A DNA stretch of 64,000 nucleotides from Ranitomeya imitator (lineage: Eukaryota). Numbering within the stretch: the stretch's first letter is position 1; the number at the start of each line of letters is the position of its first letter. The translations under genes were made by a program, and so were the position numbers. Of the stretch, positions 36,852 to 48,603 are shown piece after piece. The DNA is taken from positions 823,174,001-823,238,000 of the forward strand of contig NC_091283.1 in NCBI RefSeq assembly GCF_032444005.1, in the 5' to 3' direction. The notes beneath the pieces are model-generated. The model was not told the origin of the DNA, searched no databases, and saw only the letters and a list, made by a program, of their open reading frames with translations.

Positions 36852-38670
36852 ATTTACGTCTGACGAAATAATGCGAATGCTAGAAGAATCTGATTCTGAG
36901 CATGAGGATGAACCATATGTTCCATCTGATGATGAAAACTATGTACCACAAGTGGATGTTACTGAAGAAGATTCAGACATTGAACAAGAAATGGTCATAG
37001 AGCATGAAAATGAATACGAATCAGACGAAAGTGTTGAGGATGATTCTGTGCCTCAAAGTGCAGGCGACATTTGGACTGCTAAGGATGAAACTCAATGGTG
37101 CAGTAATCCACTGCCAAATGCACAAACAAAATCTCGTAATGTCCTACGACAAAGAGGTGGCCCTGCAGCAATCAGCAACCTATATACAGCAAAAGAGCTA
37201 TTCAAGTCCATCATGACTCCCGAGATGTGTGACATCATATTACGGGAAACGAATCGAAAGGCCAAGAGAGTTTGTGATGCTTACAACAACGAACTGGTAC
37301 AACGTTTTCCTGATTCTTCCAAACGGCCACCACAAAAAACATTCAAGCAATTTACTGAAACTGAACTTCATGCATTTTTGGGCATACTGATTGCTGCTGG
37401 TGTGCACAGAGCCAACAAAGAGAATCTGGAGGAAATGTGGAATGTTGCTGCTCTGCCTCTTATACGTGCAGCCATGTCTCGTGACCGCTTCAAGATGATA
37501 CTCAGATTTATCAGGTTTGACAACGAAAATACACGTGCAGAACGTGTGCAAACAGATAAAGCTGCACCAATACGGGACATCTGGACAATGCTGAACAGTA
37601 ATCTGGAGAGAGCCTACAAGCCATATCATTGTATCACCGTCGACGAGCAATTATTTCCATTTAGAGGTCATACTAAATTTACCCAGTATATACCTTCAAA
37701 ACCAGCTAAATATGGCATAAAGATTTTCTGGGCTTGTGACTCATCAAATGCCTACCCTTTACAAGGTCAGCTCTACACTGGGAAACCAACTGATGGTCCT
37801 CGACAAGTAAACATTGGAGAACGAACAGTATTGGACCTAGTGAGCTCGTATAAAGGCTCTGGAAGAAATGTCACCACCGATAACTTCTTTACAACCATGG
37901 AACTAGCTAAGGTATTGAACTCCTGGAACATGACACTAGTTGGTACAGTGAGAAAAAACAAAAGGTTCCTACCTAACAACATGCAGCCTGCCAAAGAAAG
38001 GCCTGTATACTCGACAAATTTTGCCTACAATCATGATGCAACAGTCTGTTCATATGTACCAAAGAAGAACAAATCAGTCGTGCTTCTATCATCTATGCAC
38101 ATGACGGGAGAAGTTGAAGAGACACTAGCAGCCAAGCCAGAGATAATAAAATACTACAACATAACAAAAGGTGGCGTTGATGTTATGGATAAAATGTTGG
38201 GAGAGTACACTGTGAAACGACGAACATCACGTTGGACTTTGGCATTTTTCTACAATATGATTGATGTCAGTGGGTTAGCATCCTACATCATCTACAGAGA
38301 ACACAATCCAAGCTTCAGGGCAAAGGATCAACGAAGAAAGTTCCTGAAAGATCTCGCAAATCAGCTGTGTATGATTGCAATTGAAGATAGTAGTACAAAC
38401 AAAATGATAATGAGAAACCATTTTCTTCGAGGTGCAGTAGAAATGGTGCTTGGACGATGCATTGTGGTAGCATCGCAGCCAGCAGCTGGCCCCAAAATAC
38501 CTCATGGTAGTCGTGGACCCTCCCCTGTTGTTGGTAGTTGCTATGTCTGCAGAGACCTGAGGCGAAAACAACGCAAGACTAGAAAGTCTTGTGTGGTTTG
38601 TGTGAAACCCATTTGCGATGAACACTCTGTAGCAAAGCCAACATGCATTACTTGCAAAGAAAATCAATAA
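36852..38670 (+). CDS. piggyBac transposase main exon (599-aa ORF from 36871; 625 aa if spliced)
   Basis: No stops; catalytic motifs TVDEQL, TTDNFF, GGVDVMD; acidic N-terminus; C-terminal Cys-rich domain; AATAAA overlapping the stop at 38666. Confidence 0.93.
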
Positions 38671-39732
38671 AAAAAAGTTTCTTACATTTTCTTTTATAAT
38701 GTAAATGAACAGTTTTTTACTTGTTTATAATAGTTAAATAGCATTATCATTAAAAAAAAATTTATGCTTTTTCCCTTGCATTATCTTCATTCAAAATATA
38801 TGAGGTACATTTGTACCTATGCAGCTTGTTATGGATGCAAAAAGATCTCGACCCCTTATCTCGGAAGCGGGTGGAGATATTTTATTGAAATTTGGCCAAT
38901 ATATTCTGGACCAAAAATGTAGAGATGTCACGAAATTTCAGCCCTCTACGTCTTTTCAAAAAAAAGTTATTGCAATTTTAAAACGGAATAGTTACAATTG
39001 TACCTATTCAGCCAGATAAGGGTTAAAATAAAGATCCCTGTCCCCTCCCACCCCCTGTGCGCCCGCCCGCTGTTAATAAAATACTCACCCGGCTCCCTCG
39101 CAGCTTCATCTCAGTGCCAGCTTCTCCTGTATGAGCGGTCACGTGGTGCCGCCGAATATAGTCATGAACATGCGGCTCCAGCTCCCATAGGGGTGGAGCC
39201 GCATATTCATGACTGTAATGGGGGACACCACGTGACCGCTCATACAGGAGAAGGTGCGGCGCGGAGAGGACGCTTCGAGGGAGCTGGGTGAGTATTTTCA
39301 GCGGCCGGGCGCACGGGGGGAGGGGACAGGGATCTTTATTTTAAACACAAAAAAAAAAAAAAGGATTTTTCATATCTTCTCTCTAGCGAACGCTGCTGGA
39401 GAGAAAATATAAATGGCGGCTTCAGCACCAGATGCAGGGGACAGCGCTTACTTGTAGCGCTGTCTCCTGCACGGTCACACTGATGTTCACGGTAAGGACA
39501 CGGATAATTCCGGTACCGGAATTGTCTGGACGTGTGGGACAGGCCTTACAGGGGGTTCGGACGTAAGCCCTGATGGGACCACCGACCGTGGGAAGACCGC
39601 AGTGTGAGGGGCCTCGCCTCATCTGCACCCACCCTAGGTTACCCGAGTCCTTCCCATAAGCTGCAGCCCAATGCTGTGTACACAGTGCCCCTGCTCTGAC
39701 CCCCATCTATGCCTCTTTCCAAGCATTCCAGG

Positions 39733-39935
39733 AATAATAATAATCTTTATTTTTATACAGCACAGCACTTTACAGGTTGCACACATTATCATCGCTGTCC
39801 CCGATGGGGCTCACAATCTAAATCCCCTATCAGTATGTCTTTTGAATGTGGGAGGAAACCCACGCAAACACAGGAAGAACATACAAACTCTTTGCAGATG
39901 TTGTCCTGGGTGGGATTAGAACCCAGGACTCCAGC
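39733..39935 (-). mobile_element. tRNA-derived SINE (V-SINE-like), 5'-truncated
   Basis: B-box-like GGGTTCTAATCCC; central CTGCAAAGAGTTTGTATGTTCT..GCGTGGGTTTCCTCC; (ATT)n tail. Confidence 0.75.
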
Positions 39936-40549
39936 GGTATTTGCCTTGGCAGCAGCTGCCTGGGACTGGTGTGCCAAAATAAGTTTACTGTTCACCAATT
40001 CCTCTAAGGCCACGTTCACACAATCAGTATTTTACATCAGTATTTGTAAGTCAAAAACAGTAGTAGAACAATCAGAGGAAAAGTAGAATAGAAACACGTC
40101 ACCACTTCTACATTTTTCAAAATACTGACCAAATACTGAATGTGTGAACATGGACAAGCTTATGTTCACACTTTGCGTTTTTGCTGTGTTTTTATTTTGC
40201 TGCATTTTTTAATGTAAATTTTAAGCTGCGTTTTACAGTACCAGAAAAACCTCTGAGATTTCAGAAATCCCTCACACACACACATTGGGGTTTTTTTGTT
40301 TTTTTTGAGGACTGAATTGGAAAACTGCTTTGTTTTTACAAACTGCAGCCTGTCACTTCTTTCACATTTTTTCAGATTTTTTTTTCACCCATGGAAAGCA
40401 ATGAGTAAGTGAAAAAACGCAGGTATCGGGTTTTGGTGCAAAAACCTAAGGAAGTTGTATTATGGTTTTTTTTTTTACTAAACTTTATCAGCATGCACAA
40501 GAGCCAATAAAAACGCAGCAAAATCTGATTTTTATGAGCTGCTTCCTTA

Positions 40550-41691
40550 GGCCATGTTCACACAGTGCGTTTTTTACTGCGGAACCGCAGCGTTTTTGCC
40601 GCTGCGGTTCCGCAGCAGTTTTCCATGCAGGGTACATAACAATGTAACCCTATGGAAAACAGTCACTGCTGTGCACATGGTCCGTAATTTCGTTTAAAAA
40701 GCCGTGCAGAATAGCTGCGGCAAAAAAGAAGGAGCATGTCACTTCTTTTTCCTGAACCGCAGCGGTTCTGCACCCATAGACCTCCATTGTGAGGTCAAAA
40801 TCGCAGTAAAACCCGCAGATCAAAAATATATCTGCGGGTTTTACTGCGATTTGATGTGCAGAACCGCTGCAGCAGGAAGTGCGGGGGAGCGGGCGGAAGT
40901 GCGTGGGCGGAGTGTGGCTGCCCCCCCGTGCTCCGATCCCGCCCCCCGTGCTCCGATGCCCCCCCCGTGCTCCGATGCCCACCCCCAGTGCTCCGATGCC
41001 CCCCCCCCGTGCCCTAATCTCCCCCCCTTATACTTACCCGGCGTCCCGGTGTCCGTCCGGCCGTCTTCTCCCTGGGCGCCGCCATCTTGCAAAATGGCGG
41101 GCGCATGCGCAGTGCGCCCGCCGAATCTGCCGGCCGGCAGATTCCCTCCAAAGTGCATTTTGATCACTGAGATATAACCTATCTCAGTGATCAAAATAAA
41201 AAAATAGTAAATGACACCCCCCCCCACTTTGTCACCCCCATTGGNNNNNNNNNNNNNNNNNNNNNNNNNNNNNNNNNNNNNNNNNNNNNNNNNNNNNNNN
41301 NNNNNNNNNNNNNNNNNNNNNNNNNNNNNNNNNNNNNNNNNNNNNNNNNNNNNNNNNNNNNNNNNNNNNNNNNNNNNNNNNNNNNNNNNNNNNNNNNNNN
41401 NNNNNNNNNNNNNNNNNNTTTAGCCCTAAAAAGCTTCCTAGGAAACACACAGTCTCTGCATAGAAAACTGCATAAAAAAAGGATAAAAAAACGCATCAAA
41501 AAACGCATCAAAAAAGGACAAAAAAAGGACCAAAAAAAGGACCTGCGTTTTCTGCCAAGAGCTGCAGTTTTTAAAAAAAAACTGTCCTGAAAAAAAAAGG
41601 ATGGAAATCCTGAACGTGTGAACATACCCTTACTGGTGAGTGAGCAGGTTTTACCTGCAGAAAAAAATACCCGCAACGTGTGAACGTGGCC
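40550..41691. mobile_element. Composite Harbinger-type MITE region spanning gap 1
   Basis: GGCCATGTTCACAC start; GTGTGAACATACCC (about 41630) and GTGTGAACGTGGCC (41691) ends; internal GC-rich module. Confidence 0.5.
41245..41418. other. Assembly gap 1
   Basis: Run of N. Confidence 1.
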
Positions 41692-42472
41692 TTGGGCGAC
41701 AGTCACACATCTGTTTCAGTTTTTACATCTATCAAACCTGGACTATTTTTCGCTCATGTATCATCCATTTTTAAAAAGTGAAAGAAGTAAACAGTCTGAC
41801 CTCTTCCCCCCCTCCCCCCCCCCCCATTACCTTATGGATCAGCCAAAAATGAATTCAAAAGTGATAGAACACTGATGTAAAACAGATCACTTATGTTTTG
41901 ATGGATTCCCATGGATCTGAATAGTCGAGTCAGAGCTGCGAAAACAGATGAGAATACGACACGCGGGTCTGTTGAAAAAAAACTGAATTGTGAGTGATTC
42001 TATTAAACCCCATCGGTCCATGCGTGATTGTAACCTAAGGGTATGTGCACATTACGCCTTTTACAGACAAGTGCGCTAAAGAAACTCCAAAAAAGAATTA
42101 ATACAAAACAATAGATTACTGTGCATAAATTCTGTTTTTTTTTCCTACTGCAAAAGGCGCATCAGAAAAATCACCGCCGGCGTTAGAAATGCTGTGTACA
42201 CGTACCCAAAGTCTTATTTACTGGAAGTTTTTCTCTTCTTTCCTCCCAGGTACATACAGTGGGGCAAAAAAGTATTTAGTCAGTCAGCAATAGTGCAAGT
42301 TCCACCACTTAAAAAGATGAGAGGCGTCTGTAATTTACATCATAGGTAGACCTCAACTATGGGAGACAAACTGAGAAAAAAAAATCCAGAAAATCACATT
42401 GTCTGTTTTTTTAACATTTTATTTGCATATTATGGTGGAAAAGAAGTATTTGGTCAGAAACAAAATTTCATC

Positions 42473-43124
42473 TCAATACTTTGTAATATATCCTTTGTTG
42501 GCAATGACAGAGGTCAAACGTTTTCTGTAAGTCTTCACAAGGTTGCCACACACTGTTGTTGGTATGTTGGCCCATTCCTCCATGCAGATCTCCTCTAGAG
42601 CAGTGATGTTTTTGGCTTTTCGCTTGGCAACACGGACTTTCAACTCCCTCCAAAGGTTTTCTATAGGGTTGAGATCTGGAGACTGGCTAGGCCACTCCAG
42701 GACCTTGAAATGCTTCTTACGAAGCCACTCCTTCGTTGCCCTGGCGGTGTGCTTTGGATCATTGTCATGTTGAAAGACCCAGCCACGTTTCATCTTCAAT
42801 GCCCTTGCTGATGGAAGGAGGTTTGCACTCAAAATCTCACGATACATGGCCCCATTCATTCTTTCATGTACCCGGATCAGTCGTCCTGGCCCCTTTGCAG
42901 AGAAACAGCCCCAAAGCATGATGTTTCCACCACCATGCTTTACAGTAGGTATGGTGTTTGATGGATGCAACTCAGTATTCTTTTTCCTCCAAACACGACA
43001 AGTTGTGTTTCTACCAAACAGTTCCAGTTTGGTTTCATCAGACCATAGGACATTCTCCCAAAACTCCTCTGGATCATCCAAATGCTCTCTAGCAAACTTC
43101 AGACGGGCCCGGACATGTACTGGC
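42473..43124 (-). pseudogene. Tc1 transposase C-terminal half ([22 protein letters not shown])
   Basis: In-frame continuation [23 protein letters not shown]; 34 residues between the second D and the E. Confidence 0.9.
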
Positions 43125-43619
43125 TTAACCCCTTCATGACCCAGCCTATTTTGACCTTAAAGACCTTGCCGTTTTTTGCAATTCTGACCAGTGTCCCTTT
43201 ATGAGGTAATAACTCAGGAACGCTTCAACGGATCCTAGCGGTTCTGAGATTGTTTTTTCGTGACATATTGGGCTTCATGTTAGTGGTAAATTTAGGTCAA
43301 TAAATTCTGCGTTTATTTGTGATAAAAACGGAAATTTGGCAAAAATTTTGAAAATTTCGCAATTTTCACATTTTGAATTTTTTATTCTGTTAAACCAGAG
43401 AGATATGTGACACAAAATAGTTAATAAATAACATTTTCCACATGTTTACTTTACATCAGCACAATTTTGGAAACAAAATTTTTTTTTGTTAGGAAGTTAT
43501 AAGGGTTAAAATTTGACCAGCGATTTGTCATTTTTACAACGAAATTTACAAAACCATTTTTTTTTAGGGACCACCTCACATTTGAAGTCAGTTTGAGGGG
43601 TCTATATGGCTGAAAATAC

Positions 43620-46600
43620 CCAAAAGTGACACCATTCTAAAAACTGCACCCCTCAAGGTACTCAAAACCACATTCAAGAAGTTTATTAACCCTTCAGGTG
43701 CTTCACAGCAGCAGAAGCAACATGGAAGGAAAAAATGAACATTTAACTTTTTAGTCACAAAAATTATCTTTTAGCAACAATTTTTTTATTTTCCCAATGG
43801 TAAAAGGAGAAACTGAACCACGAAAGTTGTTGTCCAATTTGTCCTGAGTACGCTGATACCTCATATGTGGGGGTAAACCCCTGTTTGGGCGCACGGCAGG
43901 GCTTGGAAGGGAAGGAGCGCCATTTGACTTTTTGAATCAAAAATTGGCTCCACTCTTTAGCGGACACCATGTCATGTTTGGAGAGCCCCCGTGTGCCTAA
44001 AAATTGGAGCTCCCCCACAAGTGACCCCATTTTGGAAACTAGACGCCCCAAGGAACTTATCTAGATGCATAGTGAGCACTTTGAACCCCCAGGTGCTTCA
44101 CAAATTGATCCGTAAAAATGAAAAAGTACTTTTTTTTCACAAAAAAATTCTTTTAGCCTCAATTTTTTCATTTTCACATGGGCAACAGGATAAAATGGAT
44201 CCTAAAATGTGTTGGGCAATTTCTCCTGAGTACACCAATACCTCACATGTGGGGGTAAACCACTGTTTGGGCACATGGTAAGGCTCGGAAGGGAAGGAGC
44301 GCCATTTGACTTTTTGAATGAAAAATTATTTCCATCGTTAGCGGACACCATGTCGCGTTTGGATAGCTCCTGTGTGCCTAAACATTGGCGCTCCCCCACA
44401 AGTGACCCCATTTTGGAAACTAGACCCCCCAAGGAACTTATTTAGATGCCTAGTGAGCACTTTAAACCCTCAGGTGCTTCACAAATTGATCTGTAAAAAT
44501 GAAAAAGTACTTTTTTTTCACAAAAAAATTCTTTTCGCCTCAATTTTTTCATTTTCACATGGGCAGTAGGATAAAATGGATCATAAAATTTGTTGGGCAA
44601 TTTCTCCCGAGTACGTCGATACCTCATATGTGGGGGTAAACCACTGTTTGGGCACTCGGCAGGGCTCGGAAGGAAAGGCGCGCCATTTGACTTTTTGAAT
44701 GGAAAATTAGCTCCAATTGTTAGCGGACACCATGTCGCGTTTGGAGAGCCCCTGTGTGCCTAAACATTGGAGCTCCCCCACAAGTGACCCCATTTTGGAA
44801 ACTAGACCCCCCAAGGAACTTATCTAGATGCATATTGAGCACTTTAAACCCCCAGGTGCTTCACAGAAGTTTATAACGCAGAGCCATGAAAATAAAAAAT
44901 AATTTTTCTTTCCTCAAAAATGATTTTTTAGCCTGGAATTTCCTATTTTGCCAAGGATAATAGGAGAAATTGGACCCCAAATATTGTTGTCCAGTTTGTC
45001 CTGAGTACGCTGATACCCCATATGTGGGGGTAAACCACTGTTTGGGCGCACGGCAGGGCTCGGAAGGGATGGCACGCCATTTGGCTTTTTAAATGGAAAA
45101 TTAGCTCCAATCATTAGCGGACACCATGTCACGTTTGGAGAGCCCCTGTGTGCCTAAACATTGGAGATCCCCCAGAAATGACACCATTTTGGAAACTAGA
45201 CCCCCAAAGGAACTAATCTAGATGTGTGGTGAGGACTTTGAACCCCCAAGTGCTTCACAGAAGTTTATAACGCAGAGCCATGAAAATAAAAAAAAAAAAT
45301 TGTTTTCTCAAAAATGATCTTTTAGCCTGCAATTTTTTATTTTCCCAAGGGTAACAGGAGAAATTTGACCCCAAAATTTGTTGTCCAGTTTCTCCTGAGT
45401 ACGCTGATACCCCATATGTGGGGGTAAATCACTGTTTGGGCACATGCAGGGGCTCGGAAGTGAAGTAGTGACGTTTTGAAATGCAGACTTTGATGGAATG
45501 CTCTGTGGGCGTCACGTTGCGTTTGCAGAGCCCCTGATGTGGCTTAACAGTAGAAACCCCCCACAAGTGACCCCATTTTGGAAACTAGACCCCCAAAGGA
45601 ACTTATCTAGATGTGTGATGAGCACTTTGAACCCCCAAGCGCTTCATAGAAGTTTATAATGCAGAGCCGTGAAAATAATAAATACGTTTTCTTTCCTCAA
45701 AAATAATTATTTAGCCCAGAATTTTTTAATTTTCCCAAGGGTAACAGGAGAAATTTGACCCCAATATTTGTTGTCCAGTTTCTCCTGAGTACGGTGATAC
45801 CCCATATGTGGGGGTAAACTACTGTTTGGGCACATGCCGGGGCTTGGAATTGAAGTAGTGACGTTTTGAAATGCAGACTTTGATGGAATGCTCTGCGGGC
45901 GTCACGTTGCGTTTGCAGAGCCCCTGATGTGCCTAAACAGTAGAAACCCCCCACAAGTGACCCCATTTTGGAAACTAGACCCCGAAAGGAACTTATCTAG
46001 ATGTGTGGTGAGCACTTTGAACCCCCAAGTGCTTCATAGAAGTTTATAATGCAGAGCCGTGAAAATAATAAATACGTTTTCTTTCCTCAAAAATAATTAT
46101 TTAGCCCAGAATTTTTTATTTTCCCAAGGGTTACAGGAGAAATTGGACCCCAAAAGTTGTTGTCCAGTTTCTCCTGAGTACGCTGATACCCCATGAGTGG
46201 GGGTAAACCACTGTTTGGGCACACGTCGGGGCTCAGAAGGGAAGTAGTGACTTTTGAAATGCAGACTTTGATGGAATGGTCTGCGGGTGTCACGTTGCGT
46301 TTGCAGAGCCCCTGGTGTGCCTAAACAGTAGAAACCCCCACAAGTGACCCCATTTTAGAAACTAGACCCCCCAAGGAACTTATCTAGATATGTGGTGAGC
46401 ACTTTGAACCCCCAAGTGCTTCACAGACGTTTACAACGCAGAGCCTTGAAAATAAAAAATCATTTTTCTTTCCTCAAAAATTATGTTTTAGCAAGCATTT
46501 TTTTAGATTCACAAGGGTAACAGGAGAAATTGGACCCCAGTAATTGTTGCGCAGTTTATCCTGAGTACACTGATACCCCATATGTGGGGGTAAACCACTG

Positions 46601-46735
46601 TTTGGGCACACGTCAGGGCTCGGAAGTGAGGGAGCACCATTTGACTTTTTGAATACGAGATTGGCTGGAATCAATGGTGGCGCCATGTTGCGTTTGGAGA
46701 CCCCTGATGTGCCTAAACAGTGGTAACCCCTCAAT
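43620..46735. repeat. ~385-390-bp tandem subrepeat, about 8 units (element B)
   Basis: Same marker motif near 44017, 44398, 44780, 45178, 45565, 45953 and 46340. Confidence 0.85.
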
Positions 46736-46841
46736 TCTAACTCCAACACTAACCCCAACACACCCCTAACCCTAATCCCAACTGTAGCCATAACCCTAAT
46801 CACAACCCTAACCACAACCCTAATTCCAACCCTAACCCTAA
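46735..46841. repeat. Degenerate CCCTAA tract in element B
   Basis: ACCCTAACCCTAATCCC...CCCTAACCCTAA at the same position relative to the subrepeats as in element A. Confidence 0.8.
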
Positions 46842-47180
46842 GGCTATGTGCCCACGTTGCGGATTCGTGTGAGATATTTCCGCACCACTGCAGGCACTGC
46901 GTTTTACCTGCGGATTTTCCGCGGATTTCCAGTGTTTTTTGTGCGGATTTCACCTGCGGATTCCTATTGAGGAACAGGTGTAAAACTCTGCGGAATCCGC
47001 ACAAAGAATTGACATGCTGCGGAAAATACAACGCAGCGTTTCCGCGCGGTATTTTCCGCACCATGGGCACAGCGGATTTGGTTTTCCATAGGTTTACTTG
47101 GTACTGTAAACCTGATGGAACACTGCTGCGAATCCGCAGCGGCCAATCCACAGCCAAATCCGCACAGTGTGCACATAGCC
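46842..47180. mobile_element. Harbinger-type MITE inserted at a TAA of the telomere-like tract
   Basis: TAA at 46839-46841 and 47181-47183; GGCTATGTGC(C/A)CAC termini; a second related MITE starts at 47190 and runs into the gap. Confidence 0.75.
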
Positions 47181-47521
47181 TAATTCTAAAGGTATGTGCA
47201 CACGCTGCGGAAAACGCTGCGGATCCGCAGCAGTTTCCCATGAGTTTACAGTTCAATGTAAACCTACGGGAAACAAAAATCGCTATACACATGCTGCGGA
47301 AAAACTGCACGGAAACGCAGCGGTTTACATTCCGCAGCATGTCACTTCTTTGTGCGGATTCCGCAGCGGTTTTACAACTGCTCCAATAGAAAATCGCAGT
47401 TGTTAAACCGCAGTGAAATGCGCAGAAAAAAACGCGGTAAATCCGCCATAAATCCGCAGCGGTTTAGCACTGCGGATTTATCAAATCCGCAGCGGAAAAA
47501 TCCGCAGAGGACCAGAATACG

Positions 47522-47681
47522 NNNNNNNNNNNNNNNNNNNNNNNNNNNNNNNNNNNNNNNNNNNNNNNNNNNNNNNNNNNNNNNNNNNNNNNNNNNNNNN
47601 NNNNNNNNNNNNNNNNNNNNNNNNNNNNNNNNNNNNNNNNNNNNNNNNNNNNNNNNNNNNNNNNNNNNNNNNNNNNNNNNN
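47522..47681. other. Assembly gap 2
   Basis: Run of N. Confidence 1.
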
Positions 47682-48603
47682 GGAAAAAAAAAATTTCTTT
47701 ATTTTTTTATTGTCCCTACCTATGGGGGTGACAAAGGGGGGGGGGGTCATTTATTATTTTTTTTATTTTGATCACTGAGATATAATCTATCTCAGTGATC
47801 AAAATGCACTTTGGAACGAATCTGCCGGCAGGCAGATTCGGCGGGCGCACTGCGCATGCGCCCGCCATTTTGGAAGATGGCGGCGCCCAGGGAGAAGACG
47901 GACGGGACCCCGGCTGGATCGGTAAGTATGATGGGGTGGGGGGGGACCACGGGGGGGGATCGGAGCACGGGGGGGGGGGATCGGAGCACGGGGGTGGGGA
48001 ATCGGAGCGCGGGAGGGGTGGAACGGAGCACGGGGGGCGTGGAACGGAGCACGGGGGGGCTGGAATGGAGCACGGGGGGGTGGAACGGAGCACCGGGGGG
48101 GGGTGGATCGGAGTGCAGGGGGGGTGATTGGAGCACAGGGGGGTGATTGGAGCACGGGGGGAGCGGACAAGAGCACGGGGGGGAGCGGAGCACTGGATGG
48201 AGGGGAGCCGGAGCAGTGTACCGGCCAGATTGGGGGGCTGGGGGGGCGATCGGTGGGGTGGGGGCACATTAGTATTTCCAGCCATGGCCGATGATATTTC
48301 AGCATCGGCCATGGCTGGATTGTAATATTTCACCCGTTATAATAGGTGAAATATTACAAATCGCTCTGATTGGCAGTTTCACTTTCAACAGCCAATCAGA
48401 GCGATCGTAGCCACGAGGGGGTGAAGCCACCCCCCCGGGCTAAACTACCACTCCCCCTGTCCCTGCAGATCGGGTGAAATGGGAGTTAACCCTTTCACCG
48501 GATCTGCAGGGACGCGATCTTTCCATGACGCCACATAGGCGTCATGGGTCGGATTGGCACCGACTTTCATGACGCCTACGTGGCGTCATGGGTCGGGAAG
48601 GGG

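Larger units (their letters stand above)
36156..39022 (+). mobile_element. Full-length piggyBac transposon (2867 bp)
   Basis: TTAA at 36152-36155 and 39023-39026; termini CCCTTGTCAGGCTGCATA and (reverse complement) CCCTTATCTGGCTGAATA; internal repeats containing GGTACAATTGTACC near 36187-36212 and 38801-38832. Confidence 0.93.
31478..39545. mobile_element. Palindromic PIF/Harbinger-type MITE (~918 bp net) hosting the two piggyBac-type inserts
   Basis: TTA at 31475-31477 and 39546-39548; GGCC..CACACGT termini; arm 31740-31876 is the reverse complement of 39330-39475; host sequence resumes at 39027. Confidence 0.75.
43129..48603. mobile_element. Non-autonomous piggyBac-like element B (~5.5 kb, contains a gap)
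   Basis: TTAA at 43125-43128 and 48604-48607; TIR CCCCTTC..GACCC; left ~500 bp and ~390-bp units homologous to element A. Confidence 0.85.

Noticed and set aside
36156-39022. Domesticated PGBD-type host gene
   Set aside because: Both termini and TTAA duplications are intact and it is nested in a young MITE, which indicates a mobile element
47716-48333. Pro-rich and Gly-rich ORFs of 110-205 aa (also 40650-41227)
   Set aside because: They come from GTGCTCCGAT-type low-complexity repeats inside non-autonomous elements and are open on both strands
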